Source: Endomicrobiales bacterium
GTDB taxonomy: Bacteria > Elusimicrobiota > Endomicrobiia > Endomicrobiales > JALOBY01
Assembly: GCA_963796955.1 (NCBI GenBank)
Contig: CAWCNJ010000005.1
Location: 32,001-96,000, forward strand
Length of the DNA: 64,000 nucleotides
Direction of reading: 5' to 3'
Made by a program: the position numbers and the translations under genes. The notes beneath the pieces were generated by a model. That model was given only the letters and a program-made list of their open reading frames with translations. It searched no databases and was not told where the DNA came from. This document shows positions 18,558-28,742 of the stretch, in pieces (the stretch's first letter is position 1; each line of letters begins with the position of its first letter).

Positions 18558-18753
18558 TATTTTTTAATCCTGCATACTCGCAGAACTGTACTGGACTTGA
18601 TTAAACTAATTGCGGTCAATTACTTCTAGATTACTTCGTGTGTTTTGACGCTGATTACTTAATTACAGACGTTTTGCTGATAAGATTCGTGTAGAGATTC
18701 TGCTCCCACTTCCAGAAGGGAATTACGCGATTCACCTTAGAATTTGCCTTGAA

Positions 18754-18766
18754 TTTTCAAAGAACA
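18754..18766 (-). promoter_or_regulatory. Spacer boxA antitermination element
   Basis: TGTTCTTTGAAAA on the minus strand between tRNA-Ala and 23S. Confidence 0.7.
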
Positions 18767-18804
18767 GAAATTATTTTGCCGAGTTGTCTACGATCCCTAA
18801 GGTG

Positions 18805-18877
18805 TGGAGCTAGCGAGGCTCGAACCGCTGACCTCCTGCTTGCAAAGCAGGCGCTCTCCCAGCTGAGCTACAGCCCT
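18805..18877 (-). tRNA. tRNA-Ala(TGC), with a few imperfect positions
   Basis: GGGCTGTAGCTCAGCTGGGAGAGCGCCTGCTTTGCAAGCAGG...GGTTCGAG in the rrn spacer. Confidence 0.9.
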
Positions 18878-18911
18878 ACATGCCTTACCGATTTCATTCG
18901 CTGATCAGAAC

Positions 18912-18988
18912 TGGTGGGCCTAGGATGGAGTTGAACCACGACCTCACCCTTATCAAGCGTGCGCTCTAACCAACTGAGCTATGGGCCC
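18912..18988 (-). tRNA. tRNA-Ile(GAT), with a few imperfect positions
   Basis: GGGCCCATAGCTCAGTTGGTTAGAGCGCACGCTTGATAAGGGTG...CCA. Confidence 0.9.
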
Positions 18989-19120
18989 ATACTATGCAGT
19001 TCGCATTAAACCCTACTGAAGCCACTATACTTATGTAATTTATTTATGCAGGCAGATAGCACACCCTGAACGCTAGATTAAAGGATCGACCTATATACTC
19101 CTCGCCGAAGCGGGAAAGGA

Positions 19121-20676
<1,556 letters not shown>

Positions 20677-20822
20677 AAATGGCTAGTTGATACTTAACTT
20701 ACTAATTTTGAGACTGGCCTTGATCTACACTTCTGTTTTTAGACATGGTCTCTAGATAGAAACCAGGTCCGCAGATAAGGGGTGCTTATCTGCCTGCATT
20801 TATTACATAATATGTATGTGTC

Positions 20823-20834
20823 TTTTCAAAGAGC
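20823..20834 (-). promoter_or_regulatory. rrn leader boxA
   Basis: GCTCTTTGAAAA on the minus strand upstream of 16S. Confidence 0.7.
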
Positions 20835-21144
20835 TTCGGTGCTGATACTTCAACCGTTCCCCGAAGGAAGCTGCTGAAACACCATTTTGAGAGAAAAATA
20901 CTCTCAGGCACTTTTTCCCCACTCTGGCGGAGTAAGTGCGTTTAAATACATCCAAGGTTCTTAGTAATTGTTTGAAGCGATACGTTTGTCTTCGTACGGA
21001 GGTTGCAATCGGACGTTTGTCCGGGTAGGCTTGCTTCGCTGGTTTGTGCAGCGTAGTTTGAGGTGCCTCCCTCCCATCATTACTGCTATGTTTTGCTGCG
21101 TTACGTTCAGCTCAGAGATCGATGCTTCGTGTTTCGGTCTACAC

Positions 21145-21173
21145 AGTTTAGCAAACAGAAAAACTTTTGTCAA
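21145..21173 (-). promoter_or_regulatory. rrn promoter P2
   Basis: TTGACA-17 nt-TAAACT with an AT-rich UP-like region. Confidence 0.75.
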
Positions 21174-21251
21174 CAATTATTTTAAATTATTTTCAAAAAC
21201 TTTTTTCTTCACTCAACCGCTCAAGGAACCGTGCTGCAATTTCGTTTTGGT

Positions 21252-21281
21252 ATTCTAGCAAAACAACACAACCCTTGTCAA
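21252..21281 (-). promoter_or_regulatory. rrn promoter P1
   Basis: TTGACA-18 nt-TAGAAT preceded by an A-tract. Confidence 0.7.
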
Positions 21282-21364
21282 CACTTTTTTTCTCGACGGA
21301 AAAATGATTAAAATTTATTCTTCAACTAGCTTTTTTTGCACACATGCTATCCATTTGTATTGCC

Positions 21365-21667
21365 TTACACTATTTTCAGTTCAACTTTTTTATGGCATGC
21401 AGCAGCTATTCTGAAAATACTTCTTAGCGTTACATTCCTGTCGCCACGTTCAATTTTAGAAACAACGTTCTGCGTTGTCTGCGCGCGTTTAGCCAACTCA
21501 CCCTGGGTCAAATGCTGCTGTTCTCTAAGCATCCCTATCTGAACAGCTATCTTGGAATATAAGTCTTCCTCATTATAAGACTCCCTGACTTCAGGATTCT
21601 TTAGCTTTTCGTTCAAAAAGTCTTTAAATTGAATATGTCTTGAATTTTTCATTCTATTTACCTCCAT
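21365..21667 (-). CDS. XRE-family HTH antitoxin (HigA-like)
   Basis: LREQQHLTQGELAKRAQTTQNVVSKIERG HTH; overlaps the toxin stop. Confidence 0.85.
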   Translation of the reverse strand: MEVNRMKNSRHIQFKDFLNEKLKNPEVRESYNEEDLYSKIAVQIGMLREQQHLTQGELAKRAQTTQNVVSKIERGDRNVTLRSIFRIAAACHKKVELKIV

Positions 21668-22004
21668 GCTTATAGTATTCTTTCATGCAACTAATAGCCC
21701 GCTCGATCTCTGAACCCGGCGTTGCCCTTGTTTTCTTACAAAAACCATGAGTAATCACAATCTTGTTACCATAGAAAAAGTAGAGCAGGCGTATGTCCAG
21801 GTTGCCAAAGTTAACAATCAATTCCCGTATCTTGTCTCTCAGCTGATCCGCGTATGGCCGGGTTAGCCCCGGGCCATATTCCTCAAGACGTGCAATAAGT
21901 TTAAGAACCTTTCCCTGCACCTTATCCGGCAACTCTGAAATAAATTCAGCCGTCGGGTTGTCTCCGCGAATAGTGGTGTAGAAACTTACCTCAAACGTAT
22001 TCAT
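21654..22004 (-). CDS. Type II TA toxin, RelE/HigB (Gp49-like) family
   Basis: L..PYADQL..KIREL...IRLLYFF...IVITHGFCKKT..TP..EI..A pattern; toxin-first order with an XRE partner. Confidence 0.85.
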   Translation of the reverse strand: MNTFEVSFYTTIRGDNPTAEFISELPDKVQGKVLKLIARLEEYGPGLTRPYADQLRDKIRELIVNFGNLDIRLLYFFYGNKIVITHGFCKKTRATPGSEIERAISCMKEYYKHGGK

Positions 22005-22017
22005 AACCTCTCATTCA

Positions 22018-22046
22018 ATTGTATATCTTAAAAGATATATTGTCAA
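22018..22046 (-). promoter_or_regulatory. TA operon promoter with palindromic operator
   Basis: TTGACA-17 nt-TACAAT; the spacer is filled by the palindrome ATATCTT-N2-AAGATAT. Confidence 0.8.
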
Positions 22047-22098
22047 TGACTAATTGTTGATGACGTATGATTTTGCGTCTCTGCGGAGATATGTTTTG

Positions 22099-22533
22099 TT
22101 ATTTTGATTGTTTTTGTTTACTTTTCGAGGGTTTATTATTCTTACGACCCGAACCCAAGTATTCAGGACACAAATGTCCAGTTGCATACGCTTCCAATAG
22201 TGCTCTTTCCCGGGAACCACGCAAGACAAAAAACCTGTATTCGTAGTTTCCAGATCCTATATAGAGCTTTTTTTTCGTGAAATAACCTTTTGCAAGAGTA
22301 GAACACTTGCTTCGATGCTCATTAAGACGCCCATTTAGTCCATCTGCTCTGTACATCGTTCTTCCTACATAAACAACCACACGTTTACGCTTTTTACGAA
22401 GTTTGCGATAGATGACATAGACACCGTGTTTCCATGGAACATCTTCGACAGCGATTCTTGTCCCTTTCTTAGGGAATATTTTAGGCCTATTTTTTGTAGT
22501 TAATTGTTTGAATAGTTTTTTCACATTGTCCAA
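22099..22533 (-). CDS. GIY-YIG nuclease-like protein
   Basis: GVYVIY...VVYVGRT...LNGRLNEH...LLEAY pattern; very basic protein. Confidence 0.65.
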   Translation of the reverse strand: MDNVKKLFKQLTTKNRPKIFPKKGTRIAVEDVPWKHGVYVIYRKLRKKRKRVVVYVGRTMYRADGLNGRLNEHRSKCSTLAKGYFTKKKLYIGSGNYEYRFFVLRGSRERALLEAYATGHLCPEYLGSGRKNNKPSKSKQKQSK

Positions 22534-22590
22534 TTCAGATATATACTTCCGCTATGATAACGATTACGCTCGGCTGTACTGGGACACGTC

Positions 22591-22676
22591 GGTCAGTTTG
22601 ACAGAATAAATCTGGCGTTTTGGGCTATGACTATCAATATAACTCGTGCAATCAATGTTAATCTGTCAAACTGACT
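22591..22676. mobile_element. Putative 86-bp MITE
   Basis: Perfect 14-bp inverted repeat GTCAGTTTGACAGA (22592-22605 and 22662-22675), flanked by the direct repeat ACGTC (22586-22590 and 22677-22681). Confidence 0.6.
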
Positions 22677-22935
22677 ACGTCTCTAAACCCCATACACAAT
22701 CGTGTTCTTTAAATATGATATTCATTTCCTTTTCTTCTGCCACTTTTCCTGCAGCAACTTTCGCATCCCGAATCGTTTCATACGGACCACCCCATTGACC
22801 ATTTTTATTGTCTAATGGATGTTCATGACAACCTTTCCCATTATTACAGAACCCACAATTACCGACATGAATTGTTGCTTGAATTGTTGCCCTTACTTCT
22901 TGCACCTGCCAATTTAGATAAACATAATAACTCAT
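22675..22935 (-). CDS. Small hypothetical protein with HxxxCxxC motif
   Basis: 86-aa ORF with a GGAGG RBS; IHVGNCGFCNNGKG...WGGPY. Confidence 0.65.
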   Translation of the reverse strand: MSYYVYLNWQVQEVRATIQATIHVGNCGFCNNGKGCHEHPLDNKNGQWGGPYETIRDAKVAAGKVAEEKEMNIIFKEHDCVWGLET

Positions 22936-23886
22936 TCGGTTTATCCTCCACTAAATTTATTTAAGATACCAACTCAGACTATTCGTCTGAAACATTAATC
23001 TTTTTACCATAGCTGTAGTATTCGCAAATACCTTTACAATAATCTCCACACCTCAAATCATTCCCAGCAAATATGATATAAAATGGAGCTTTATCAAGAT
23101 CATTTGACGAAGGAGTATTTCCAAATGTCATATCCCATACATAATATTTCACAAAACCATGCCCACCATCATAACTTCCGGATGGTTCACCAATTATCTG
23201 CGTAATCAAATCAATGACACGTGTGCTCGTTCCTTGCCCCATGTCCCGCAATGCCTGATCATATATTTGCGAATGAAGACGCTTCGCTTTTGTGCGCCAG
23301 GGTTTCCTCGCAGCATCTATTTTTATTTTTTCGGCCATACGAAGCTTAGACTCAATCTTTGACAATTGTTGCTTAGCGGCCGCACCCAATGAACTAGCAG
23401 GATATCTATTAACAACATTTTCAAATACACTTTTTGCTCCAGACAAATCTTCGCCAGACAACTTCGCTTTACCTTCTTCAAAATACAACTCAGCAGTTTT
23501 CTCTTGACCAGTTTTATCATATTCCTTTTCGATACCATTTTTCATACCTTCTTTCCATTCACATGTGCCTTCTAAGGTACCATCTGAACGCCACCACATT
23601 TCTGTTCCATCTTCAAGACCATTTTTATAGGAAATCTTATTAGCCGGTTTCCCATCCTCATCGAATTCTTCTTCGATACCATTTTTCTTGCCTTGTTTCC
23701 ATCCCTATTTCTCAGCGATAGTGACCTCATCAGTGGCAGTTAATTCACTATTGAGCCTTTGTCTTTGACGTTGCCGTTGGCCGGTCAAAGACATTGGTTC
23801 AAGATGTGAAGAAGACGTGCCTCAAAGCCGTTGCCGTTTGTTCCGCGCGGCTAAAACTGAGTATAATGACCCAAAGGAGCCTATCA

Positions 23887-24213
23887 TTGGAAAATATCAT
23901 AACTGCAAAAAAAGAACGCTTAAAGCTGACACCCGAACTGTTGTTCAACATCTACCTGGAATGCACCGCTCCCGGAGCGCCAGTAAAGTCAATTCTGGCT
24001 CGCCACGGCCTAAAACCCTGGGATCTGGTAGCAATCCGCAAGAAAGTCCGCGCTGGCGCCATAGAAGCCCTAGCAAACGCCAAGCCGGGCAGAAGAAAGC
24101 ACGTTGTGGCCGTCGAACAGTTCCAGCAGGTATCAAAGGAACTGGGCGAAACCAAGGATGCCCTGGCGGCAGTGGGGCACGAGCTATCATTGCTAAAAAA
24201 AAGAGTGAATTAG
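23887..24213 (+). CDS. IS OrfA (HTH plus leucine-zipper-like region)
   Basis: TTG start after an AAGGAG RBS and TATAAT (23862-23867); ends ELSLLKKRVN over the AAAAAAAAG site. Confidence 0.7.
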   Translation: MENIITAKKERLKLTPELLFNIYLECTAPGAPVKSILARHGLKPWDLVAIRKKVRAGAIEALANAKPGRRKHVVAVEQFQQVSKELGETKDALAAVGHELSLLKKRVN

Positions 24214-25250
24214 CTCTTGAAGGCCCGCTGCTGGGTCATTTTACAAAAGAGGTCAAAGAACAAGTGGTAAATATTATCAAAGAAGCGGTCAATTCCGGCT
24301 TAACCCAGAATCAAGCCTGCATTACTTTCGGCCTTGCGGCCAGAAAGTTCCGCAGGTGGGCTAAGCCTAAGCCCGTTAAACAGCGTTCCGCCTGGAACAA
24401 AACGCTTAAACATGAATGTGAAGCAATTGAAGCCGCTGTCTATGAGCCGGAACTTATCGGCAAGCCGTTAAGCCATGTCTTCGTACACGGCCACAGAACA
24501 GGCAAATTCTTCGTTTCGCTGGCCACCGTTTTCCGCGTACTTAAAAGCAAAGACCTTGTTAAACCGCTGAGCTTTTACAGATCACGTAAAACAAATTACG
24601 TTCCTGCTCAGGCGCTGATGGCCGACGGTTATTCGCTTCTTTGCTATGACGGCACGCAGTTCGTTACAGTGTTTGGCACTATCGTTTGGGCCATACCGGT
24701 CTTGATTCTTCCGGCACGCTATCTGCTTCATGTCGGCTATTGTATCGGCGGTGTTACATCAGCCAATCTTACAAACGCCGTTAAAGAAGCTCTTGCGTTG
24801 CTGCCGGAACATCTTATGACTAACCTCATTGCCCATTCGGACAGAGGCTCTGCCATGAAGGCCGTCAAAACCCAGAAGATTATCAAAGAGCTGCTTGGCG
24901 CTGATGTTCACTACGGACGCCCAAACACCCCTGACGATGAGGCCTGGATTGAGTCGCTTATCAATTCCCTGAAACATCACAGGGATGCGCCGGTTTCCTT
25001 CGAGCAGGTTGATGACGTCGTTCAGTGGATCAGCAGCTTTCCACAAATCCACAACAACGATCCACACAGCGCCCACAAGTACGTTACACCGCTTGAAGTC
25101 CTGTCCGGACAAAAGGAGGTTATCTTAAATCAGAGAAAGAACAATTTGACCGTAGCGCGCCTTTTGCGCTATACTGCGTGGAAAGCTGCTTCCGGAAAAG
25201 TCGCCAAAACATTGGCTCTTCCGGCCTCAGCAGTAGAAGTTGGTTGCTGA
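24195..25250 (+). CDS. IS OrfB DDE transposase/integrase core, reached by -1 frameshift
   Basis: CYDGT (D), AHSDRGSAM (D) and DEAWIESLINSLK (E). Frame is -1 relative to OrfA. Confidence 0.85.
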   Translation, partial: KKKSELALEGPLLGHFTKEVKEQVVNIIKEAVNSGLTQNQACITFGLAARKFRRWAKPKPVKQRSAWNKTLKHECEAIEAAVYEPELIGKPLSHVFVHGHRTGKFFVSLATVFRVLKSKDLVKPLSFYRSRKTNYVPAQALMADGYSLLCYDGTQFVTVFGTIVWAIPVLILPARYLLHVGYCIGGVTSANLTNAVKEALALLPEHLMTNLIAHSDRGSAMKAVKTQKIIKELLGADVHYGRPNTPDDEAWIESLINSLKHHRDAPVSFEQVDDVVQWISSFPQIHNNDPHSAHKYVTPLEVLSGQKEVILNQRKNNLTVARLLRYTAWKAASGKVAKTLALPASAVEVGC

Positions 25251-25662
25251 TTTGAGGTCAAACTCGCTGAATTGCGCCGCCATTCGCATGTGCTGGCTAA
25301 CTTGCCATTAGACAGCCATCTAGTTTCTGCTCCGTCCTCAAGTCCAGCTTTGTAATTGATTTTATAGGCTAGCTGTCCATTAGGGAAATAACCATAGCCT
25401 TCTCCAATCCTGAATCCATCTTTGACAGTCCTGACATTTTTGATCTGCTTTTCGACATTACCATCATAAAATATGACCTTCCCTGTAGCTTTTTGACCAT
25501 TATCTTTATAGGTATAAATATGTGTATTATCATCCATGCTTACTTTATTTCCGTCTATCCGATTGAAACAACCGATCAGACTGAACGCGATGAAAATGAG
25601 GCAACCCACCAACAAGCCTTTTTTATACCATAAACTTAACGACATAAAACCTCCAAGTTAGT

Positions 25663-26010
25663 TTACTCTTTTGAAAAACCTTTTATCTTTAGCGGTTTAT
25701 CGGGGCCGGCTAGCAGGATTGAGCGCAGTGTGTCAAAAACAACCTTGAAATTACTATCACTCTTCTTTTCCATCTCGTTGATCTTTTTCCAGACCTCTTT
25801 ATTGTCCAGGGCCATTTGGCGAAGCCGGGTGAAGGCGCGCATTATCTGGATGTTCACATCTATGGCTCTTTTGCTCTTTAACACGCTTGAAAGCATTGCG
25901 ACACCGTTTTCAGAAAATGCGTATGGTAAGTAGCCGCCTAAATGCTGGCGTGAAGGTATCACAAATTGTGATACCATAACTGTGACCTCTTCTTCCGTCA
26001 TCAGAAATAG
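25663..26010 (-). pseudogene. ORF6N-domain protein remnant (N-terminal half missing)
   Basis: SQFVI...LPYAFSENGVAMLSSVLKSKRAIDVNIQIMRAF is the ORF6N-protein signature; the upstream sequence is unrelated. Confidence 0.75.
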
Positions 26011-26114
26011 TGAAAGGGGAGTGGCAATTTGCCCCCATCCTTGGAAGGTCGTAGTATTAGCCGGATTACGGAAGGCCCCCATGGTTGCAATGTTTACAAC
26101 GCGGCGTCAGGGCA

Positions 26115-26143
26115 ATTATACCACAAGTTAATAAAACCTGCAA
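26115..26143 (-). promoter_or_regulatory. sigma70-type promoter with extended -10
   Basis: TTGCAG-17 nt-TATAAT with TGn immediately before the -10. Confidence 0.6.
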
Positions 26144-26167
26144 ATTTGTGGGATTTATATATGAATG

Positions 26168-26638
26168 TTATTTAAATAGGTAGTTTTGGGGCGGCGAGGA
26201 GGCTTGGTAAATTATTTTGCCTTCCTTGCTGATGATTATGGTGGTTGGCACGCTGGTCAAATTAAACTTGCGGCTGGCTTTTCTGTTACTATCGGTAAGG
26301 ACCGGGAAGGGATAATTGTTCTTCTCCAGGAAGTAACGGATGAGGGCATCGTTCTCCCCGACGTTTATCCCATAGAATACCGCCTTATCGGCACCGGGGC
26401 TTGCTTTCAGGGCCGCCAGAGCGGGTATTTCTTCTTCACAGGCGGAACACCAGGAGGCCCAGAAATTCAGAACTATGATCTTCTTGCCCACGAGCGCGCT
26501 AACATTAACTGTTTTGCCGCCCAATTGCTTCAACTTAAGTTTTGGAATAGCGGCAGCGCCCACCGAGACGGCAGCAAGGCACACTATCATAATTGAGAGA
26601 TATATTTTATTCACGCGTTTATGGTATCCAGGTTGCAT
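26168..26638 (-). CDS. TlpA/ResA-family thiol-disulfide oxidoreductase
   Basis: LNFWASWCSAC and the cis-Pro motif VPTT; N-terminal signal or anchor. Confidence 0.9.
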   Translation of the reverse strand: MQPGYHKRVNKIYLSIMIVCLAAVSVGAAAIPKLKLKQLGGKTVNVSALVGKKIIVLNFWASWCSACEEEIPALAALKASPGADKAVFYGINVGENDALIRYFLEKNNYPFPVLTDSNRKASRKFNLTSVPTTIIISKEGKIIYQASSPPQNYLFK

Positions 26639-27540
26639 TTTACCACGGCGCCATCAGGTGCTATCATTACCGCCCGGGCATTCGTTTTTCCCAACAGGAA
26701 CTGGGCTCCGTCGCGCATACCCAGCGACATGGCCGCGGTCGCGTAGGCGTTGGCGATCGTTGCCGTCGGTGCGAGCACGGTCACGCTTGAAAGGTCGTCG
26801 CGTATCTCGCCGGTCCGGGCGTCAATAATATGATGATAGCGTTTTCCCTGGTGGCTTAAATAACGCTCATAATCACCTGAGGTTACGACCGCTCCGGTTG
26901 ACACCTCTATTACTCCACAGGGGGCTTTGTCCTTGCGCATCGGGTTGGTGATACCGATTTTCCATGCGCGTGGCGCGCCACGGGCAGAGGAAACACGCAG
27001 GTCTCCGGCACCGTTTACAACAAAATTTTGTACGCCAAGGCCTTTCAGAACTGAGAACACCCGGTCTACTCCGTATGCTTTGCCTATTGAGCCAAGGCCC
27101 AGGCGCATTCCCTTCACAGGAAGGAAGACCTCGCTGCTTTCGATATATATATGTATGTTATTATATCCTATATAGGACTTTGCCTTCGCGATCTCTTCCG
27201 GCGCGGGAGGGGTGCCGCTTTTAAATGATTCGCGCCATAGAATGCCGACAGAAGCATAACTGAGATCAAAGGCGCCATTCGTTTGCGCTGAAATCTCCCA
27301 GCTATACAGTATCAGAGAAAGAACCTCGGGAGGTACTTTTACCGGGCGGATGCCGGCGTATTTGTTTATCTCGTTGAACGGGCTTTCTCTGTAATCGGTG
27401 AGAAGGTCTTCTATCCGGGATATCTCGGCATAGGCAAGGGTTATGGCGGCATTTAGTTCTTCCGGCGACTGAGAATCAGGGTAGGCCTGTATGCTGAAAC
27501 TACCACCCATACAATTTTTATTTACCACTACCGGCCCCAT
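26611..27540 (-). CDS. apbE: FAD:protein FMN transferase
   Basis: GAFDLS, LGSIGKAY, GDLR and VVTSGDYERY...YHHIIDARTG. Confidence 0.92.
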   Translation of the reverse strand: MGPVVVNKNCMGGSFSIQAYPDSQSPEELNAAITLAYAEISRIEDLLTDYRESPFNEINKYAGIRPVKVPPEVLSLILYSWEISAQTNGAFDLSYASVGILWRESFKSGTPPAPEEIAKAKSYIGYNNIHIYIESSEVFLPVKGMRLGLGSIGKAYGVDRVFSVLKGLGVQNFVVNGAGDLRVSSARGAPRAWKIGITNPMRKDKAPCGVIEVSTGAVVTSGDYERYLSHQGKRYHHIIDARTGEIRDDLSSVTVLAPTATIANAYATAAMSLGMRDGAQFLLGKTNARAVMIAPDGAVVKCNLDTINA

Positions 27541-28742
27541 TAGAATGTACCGCCAAGGCTTAACTGATAGAGAACCGCGCTCAAGTCGTTGGAACGGTTA
27601 TAATATATTATGCCACCGCCAAATTCAATTTCACTGAACATCATGTTAACGTCAATGCTATAGGTGCATTGCAGGCCCAGTTCACGCGAGTCGAACCGTG
27701 CGAGGTCGGAGTCCGACGTCATATACGGCAGGCGTACCGTAAAATTGTCCTTATAATACGCGGAGCCATTCTGGGAATAATACCGGTACAATAACCGTAT
27801 CAGGCCCTGCTGTCTTTCGCCGAGGGCAAAAGCAAGGGACGGTTCATAGGTGTTGGCGTAAATACCCCAATCATCAGTGTAATAGCGGTAATCCAAATGC
27901 ACCGCCAGATAATCGTTGATGCCGTGTATCAGGCGAATGGTGTAGGTGTTCTTATTTCGTTTGTCCGGCAACACCTCTGCAACCCTGGCGCCCGTGAGGG
28001 CTTCACTGTTGCGATCGGTAGAAAGATGCCCGCTCTGGCGAGTAAAACCTGAACCAAACAACACAACATCATCGGGGCTCAGTATCTGCGAGATCGAAAT
28101 GTCATACGTGTCCGTTACCCTGGGCGCCCAGCCGGTAAACGTGGTAGTGGGCAGATCAAAAAGGTTCACCTGATCATCGTAGTGCATTACGCCGGCGGAC
28201 AACATGAAGTTGTCTTCCACGAGTGACCGTTGAAGGCTTACACCGCTATGATTAGAGTGGTAGTCCTGTTGCGTTGAAGCGCCAAAAGTTGGAATTAGTA
28301 CCCAGGCGCCTGCTTTTTGTGCCAGCGAAATATCAAAAGCCTGCCGGTTCTCCCATTTCCTTTGCGGCGCGGATGTGCTCGCGCTAGCAGGGTCATCTTC
28401 ATCCTCATCAGTGATTCCATGTCCCGGGTTGGTGTTCGCCGCGGGCGCCCCGCCAGAAGCCCCCGTGGCCGTATCGAAAATGGCGTCAGAGGCCCCTGAA
28501 AATGTATCCAGCGTGAAATTCAAATTCAATTTAGTACGGCTGCTTATCTGATCTTCCATATATAATACGGGCTCATGTACCGTCAGGCTTTGATCCCCGC
28601 TGCCATCGTAGACCTGCTTTCCGCCTTGGCCTGCCTGGTTTATCATGGTATATACCAAAAGCGTTTTGATACGCGCGTGGGCAACCATCTCCAGATACAA
28701 AAGGATCGCCCCGATCACAAGGGATCTTTTAATTACAGCCAC
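27540..28742 (-). CDS. DUF3570-family outer-membrane protein with two flavinylation-like motifs
   Basis: GTG start after AGGAGG. DTFSGAS and DTATGAS; LPDKR, YRYYTDDWGI and SDSDL motifs; C-terminal F. Confidence 0.85.
   Translation of the reverse strand: MAVIKRSLVIGAILLYLEMVAHARIKTLLVYTMINQAGQGGKQVYDGSGDQSLTVHEPVLYMEDQISSRTKLNLNFTLDTFSGASDAIFDTATGASGGAPAANTNPGHGITDEDEDDPASASTSAPQRKWENRQAFDISLAQKAGAWVLIPTFGASTQQDYHSNHSGVSLQRSLVEDNFMLSAGVMHYDDQVNLFDLPTTTFTGWAPRVTDTYDISISQILSPDDVVLFGSGFTRQSGHLSTDRNSEALTGARVAEVLPDKRNKNTYTIRLIHGINDYLAVHLDYRYYTDDWGIYANTYEPSLAFALGERQQGLIRLLYRYYSQNGSAYYKDNFTVRLPYMTSDSDLARFDSRELGLQCTYSIDVNMMFSEIEFGGGIIYYNRSNDLSAVLYQLSLGGTF

Larger units (their letters stand above)
23703..25279 (+). 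mobile_element. IS3-like insertion sequence (1577 bp) with CCAT direct repeat and subterminal inverted repeats
   Basis: CCAT at 23699-23702 and 25280-25283. Imperfect IRs at 23712-23733 and 25247-25270. orfA/orfB with an A8G slippery site. Confidence 0.85.
22979..25645 (-). pseudogene. MORN-variant repeat (YwqK-like)/TPR lipoprotein interrupted by an IS
   Basis: 5' part 25645-25280 (lipobox LIGC, ...LASTCEW) joins in frame to KQGKKNGIEEEF... (23698-22979) once the IS and one CCAT are removed. Confidence 0.85.

Noticed and set aside
18805..18988. Non-canonical or edited tRNAs (stem mismatches)
   Set aside because: Isolated mismatches and indels in otherwise standard Ala and Ile tRNAs fit consensus error in a repeated rrn region.
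23817..24194. 477-aa single-ORF transposase starting at 23817
   Set aside because: The region before the A8G site has no transposase character; OrfA in the other frame has an RBS and promoter, so an OrfAB frameshift product is more plausible.
26011..26080. yybP-ykoY riboswitch on the plus strand (AAAGGGGAGT start)
   Set aside because: The remaining consensus elements are missing and there is no downstream plus-strand gene.
21365..26082. Integron cassette array
   Set aside because: No integrase and no repeated attC-like RYYYAAC...GTTRRRY sites between the genes; the one inverted repeat fits a MITE better.
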